From: Deltaproteobacteria bacterium
GTDB taxonomy: Bacteria > Myxococcota_A > Polyangia > Polyangiales > Houyiibacteriaceae
DNA length: 64,000 bases
Direction of reading: 5' to 3'
NCBI GenBank assembly: GCA_034670305.1
Contig: JAXMNT010000008.1
Location: forward strand, 147,321-211,320
Shown here piece by piece: positions 61,114 to 64,000 of the stretch. The stretch's first letter is position 1. Each line of letters opens with the position of its first letter. The notes below the pieces were generated by a model. The model did no database searches and was not told the DNA's origin. It was given only the letters and a program-made list of their open reading frames with translations. The translations under genes and the position numbers were made by a program.

Positions 61114-61751
61114 GCGCTCGGTTCATCCGGACGGGGCGGAAAGAGGCGCCGCAGCAAGAGGTCGTGCGGCATGTGGCCGTACTCTCGGAAGCGCGCCTTG
61201 CGCACGATGTACTCGCCCGCGAAGAGCACACCCATCAGCGCGTAGGCGATGCCGCCGGTGTACGCGGCCCAGACGAACACTGGGCCGGTGAAGGCGAGCA
61301 CGCCCGCGACGAGGGCGTTGACCACGAAGAACACACACCACGCGATGGTCGCCTGCCGGCAGTGACGCTGTTTGGCCGGCCCCAGTTCCGGCTCGTGCAT
61401 GCGCGCGAACCGTTCGATCATCGGGACCGTTCGCAGCGAACTGGCGAACACCGCCAAGAGCGACAGACTCACGAGTACCGGCATCGCGAACACGAAGCGC
61501 GGGTCGTCGGTCACGACGCCGAGCAGCAAGAGCGACATGACGACGAGCGGCACGCGGAGTGCGGCGACGACGTCTTCGCGCCGCGCCTTCTTGCCGCCCG
61601 GCCAGAACGCGCGCAGCAGCATCATCGGCACCACGACCGCCAGCGCGATGAGGCCCACCACCCGCGTGCTGTAGTGCGTGAGCGACCACCAGATGGCGAC
61701 CGGGTACACGACCGCCAGCACGGCGTTCACGATGGTGAGGAAGATGCGCAC
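61110..61751 (-). CDS. Membrane protein typical of aryl-polyene-like clusters
   Basis: YP, FASSL..PMIERFAR, WCVFF, WAAYTGGIAYALMG..FAGEY.VR motifs. Confidence 0.75.
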   Translation of the reverse strand: MRIFLTIVNAVLAVVYPVAIWWSLTHYSTRVVGLIALAVVVPMMLLRAFWPGGKKARREDVVAALRVPLVVMSLLLLGVVTDDPRFVFAMPVLVSLSLLAVFASSLRTVPMIERFARMHEPELGPAKQRHCRQATIAWCVFFVVNALVAGVLAFTGPVFVWAAYTGGIAYALMGVLFAGEYIVRKARFREYGHMPHDLLLRRLFPPRPDEPSA

Positions 61752-61779
61752 TCGCCCGAAGTCTGCAGCGCAGACGCGC

Positions 61780-62502
61780 TCAGAGCCCGCCGCTCATGAC
61801 AATCACCTGCCCGGTGATGTAGCCAGCGAGGTCGCTCGCAAGGTATCCGACGAGCGACGCCACCTCTTCGGGGGTGCCGATGCGGCGCATCGGGATGTGT
61901 TTGAGGATGAGGTCGACCGGCGCGCCTTCGATCATCTCGGTCTCGATGAGACCGGGCGCAACCGCGTTCACGGTGACCTTTCGTTTGGCGACTTCCTGTG
62001 CGAGCGCTTTGGTGGCGCCAATGAGTCCAGCTTTGGCGGCCGAGTAGTTCACCTGGCCCCGGTTGCCCGACACCCCGCTCACGCTCGAGACGTTGATGAT
62101 GCGGCCCCACCGCGCGCGGCACATCGGCATGACCAGCTTGCGGGTCACATGGAAGAACCCATCGAGGGTGGTGCGGGTCACCGACGCCCACTGGTCCCAG
62201 GTCATCTGCGGAAAACTCGCGTCGCTCGCGATGCCCGCGTTGTTCACGAGCACGCCGATCGGGAGCTCCCGCGCCAGCAGCCCGTCGATCGCCTCGTTCG
62301 CCGCTTCGCGGTCGGTCACGTCGAATCGGACGAGTTCGACCGAGCCGCCCGCCGCTTCGATCTCCGACTTCACTTGGGCCGCCGCATCGTCGTTGCTGCG
62401 GTAGTTGAGGAGAATGGGATGGCCCTGGGCCGCCAAGGTGCGCGCGATGGCGGCCCCGATTCCTCGACTCCCACCTGTGACGAGCGCATGCGGCTTGGAC
62501 AT
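61780..62502 (-). CDS. fabG: 3-oxoacyl-ACP reductase
   Basis: TGGSRGIG, NNAG, YSAAK, NAVAPG motifs. Confidence 0.9.
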   Translation of the reverse strand: MSKPHALVTGGSRGIGAAIARTLAAQGHPILLNYRSNDDAAAQVKSEIEAAGGSVELVRFDVTDREAANEAIDGLLARELPIGVLVNNAGIASDASFPQMTWDQWASVTRTTLDGFFHVTRKLVMPMCRARWGRIINVSSVSGVSGNRGQVNYSAAKAGLIGATKALAQEVAKRKVTVNAVAPGLIETEMIEGAPVDLILKHIPMRRIGTPEEVASLVGYLASDLAGYITGQVIVMSGGL

Positions 62503-62697
62503 CTGCCCCCTGATAGCAGCCGGCCTGGTGCAGAAGCAAAGGGGCCGTCGTGTGAAAGGTCTCTCCCCAAGAGGGGTCGGGGCCCTAGACTGCCAGTCCG
62601 TCCATGTCGGCGTTTCTGTCGCCTGTGGACGGGCCACGCGTCTGACCCCGTCGATCCAATCGGTCAGACCACCCGTACCCGGTCCCAACCCACCAAG

Positions 62698-63552
62698 ATG
62701 CCGATGACCTTCCTTCGTTTCGCCTCGCTGCTGCTGCTCACGGCGTGCGGGTTCCCCCGCAACCTGGAGTACGTGCCTGTGCGCAGCCAAGTGCTCGGCA
62801 TCGATTCGTCGTACTCGGTGCATCTGCCGCCCGACTTCCGGGAGGACGAACAGTTGCCCCTGGTCGTGTTCCTCCATGGCGGCGGCGACGACCCGGCGTC
62901 GTTCGACCGGCACGACCTGACGCTGAGGCTGCGCGCCCAACAGGAGCGGGGCGAGGTCCCGCGGGCGGTCATCGTCTTCCCGCAGGGCGACAACGGCTTC
63001 TGGACGAACTGGTACGACGGGAGCCGCAACTACCAGGACTGGGTCACCGACGAGGTGCTGCCGGCGGCCGCCGCCCGCTACCACACGCTGCCCTGTCCGC
63101 AGCACTGCCACGTGATGGGCGTGTCCATGGGCGGCTACGGCGCGCTGCGGCTGGCGCTCCACCGGCCGGATCTCTTCGCCAGCGTGTCGGCACTCAGCGC
63201 CCCGATCTTCAACACGCAGGACATGGTCGACTTCAGCGAGAACGGGCTCTACGCGGCGTTCGTTCCGGTGCACCGCGCGTTCGGACCGACGGGCGATCGC
63301 AGCCGCATCGAACAGGAGGACCTCTACCTTCGCTGGCGCTCCCCAGAAGACGTGTCCCTGCGGATCTTCATGGCCTGGGGGGACAACGACCGGCGGCAGC
63401 TCGAGGACCTCAACAAGCGGTTTCGGGACCACCTCGTCGCGGCGGAGATCCCGCACCACGCCGAAGAGTACGTGGGCAACCACTCCTGGGTGAGCTGGGC
63501 ACCGGTCATCGACCGGGCGCTGAACCACCAACTGAACCACCACGACGACTAG
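62698..63552 (+). CDS. Esterase family alpha/beta-hydrolase lipoprotein
   Basis: LLTAC lipobox, LHGGG, GVSMGG nucleophile elbow, GNHSW. Confidence 0.85.
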   Translation: MPMTFLRFASLLLLTACGFPRNLEYVPVRSQVLGIDSSYSVHLPPDFREDEQLPLVVFLHGGGDDPASFDRHDLTLRLRAQQERGEVPRAVIVFPQGDNGFWTNWYDGSRNYQDWVTDEVLPAAAARYHTLPCPQHCHVMGVSMGGYGALRLALHRPDLFASVSALSAPIFNTQDMVDFSENGLYAAFVPVHRAFGPTGDRSRIEQEDLYLRWRSPEDVSLRIFMAWGDNDRRQLEDLNKRFRDHLVAAEIPHHAEEYVGNHSWVSWAPVIDRALNHQLNHHDD

Positions 63553-63577
63553 CAGGTCGCTGAAAAGCGACCTGCTC

Positions 63578-63610
63578 CCTTGCCGTTGCCCTTGCCCGTG
63601 CCCTTGCCCG
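63578..63610 (+). repeat. Short (CCCTTG/CCCGTG)n array
   Basis: CCCTTG CCGTTG CCCTTG CCCGTG CCCTTG. Confidence 0.75.
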
Positions 63611-63656
63611 CGTCGTGGACGCCGTGTGTTTCGCGACGGCGAGGCCGCGAAGCGGG

Positions 63657-64000
63657 GCCCGCTTCTATCGGATGGCCCGGCGCTCCACGATCGAGGTCGT
63701 CTCCTGGCTCGAATCACGGACCGTCGGGCCGAGGCATCGAGGCCCGATATCGACAGCGTGCAGCCTCGCGAAGCGAGCCAGCGGTGTCACCGGGACGGGG
63801 TTTGGGGGCTGTGCCCCCAAGAAATATTGTCTCTCGCGCGGGAGGCTCTGGCTTCCAGAGCCGTTTCCAAGGGCCCAAGAAAGCCGAAGGCGTCTGGGCC
63901 CGCAGGAACCCCGCGAGAGACCAGCAATATCGAACGGGCTCTCGCCCACCTCGAGCAGGTCGTCGCGATGCTCGTCGCGCTGATCAAGCGATCTGACCGC
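63657..64000 (+). pseudogene. Interrupted four-helix-bundle protein gene remnant
   Basis: ARFYRMARRSTIEVVSWLE before and IERALAHLEQVVAMLVALIKR after a 180-bp interruption; extra frameshift near 63712; N-terminus not recognisable. Confidence 0.6.
63747..63933. mobile_element. Small structured non-coding insertion (MITE/REP-like) flanked by ATATCGA direct repeats
   Basis: ATATCGA at 63747-63753 and 63927-63933; at least five hairpins inside; removing it rejoins the coding remnant. Confidence 0.6.

Overview
High-GC bacterial chromosome segment, most likely Myxococcota (inferred from a MYXO-CTERM motif, Cys-rich lipoproteins, Ser/Thr kinases and a Myxococcus-type LexA box). From left to right it holds: an ethylmalonyl-CoA pathway cluster (ecm-meaB-ccr-mcd-mch); a four-helix-bundle gene; two DUF4139-type genes; cysH; an SOS mutagenesis cassette (imuA-imuB-dnaE2) with a palindromic operator; assorted envelope, kinase and cytochrome genes; tRNA-Pro and tRNA-Arg followed by a ~6 kb island of orphan immunity-like and partly frameshifted lipoprotein genes; an amylase/porin pair; a VIT-vWA/ECF-sigma operon; and part of an aryl-polyene-like lipid cluster. 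The most unusual signals are non-coding. About a dozen degenerate hexamer tandem arrays are spread across the window, two of them in frame inside genes. Two four-helix-bundle (IVS/Avd-like) loci are each associated with a multibranched hairpin element carrying GNA/CTT triloops and with hexamer repeats; in one case the element sits inside the gene between 7-bp direct repeats. No CRISPR array, integrase or transposase was found. Product calls rest on motif recognition by eye, not database searches.
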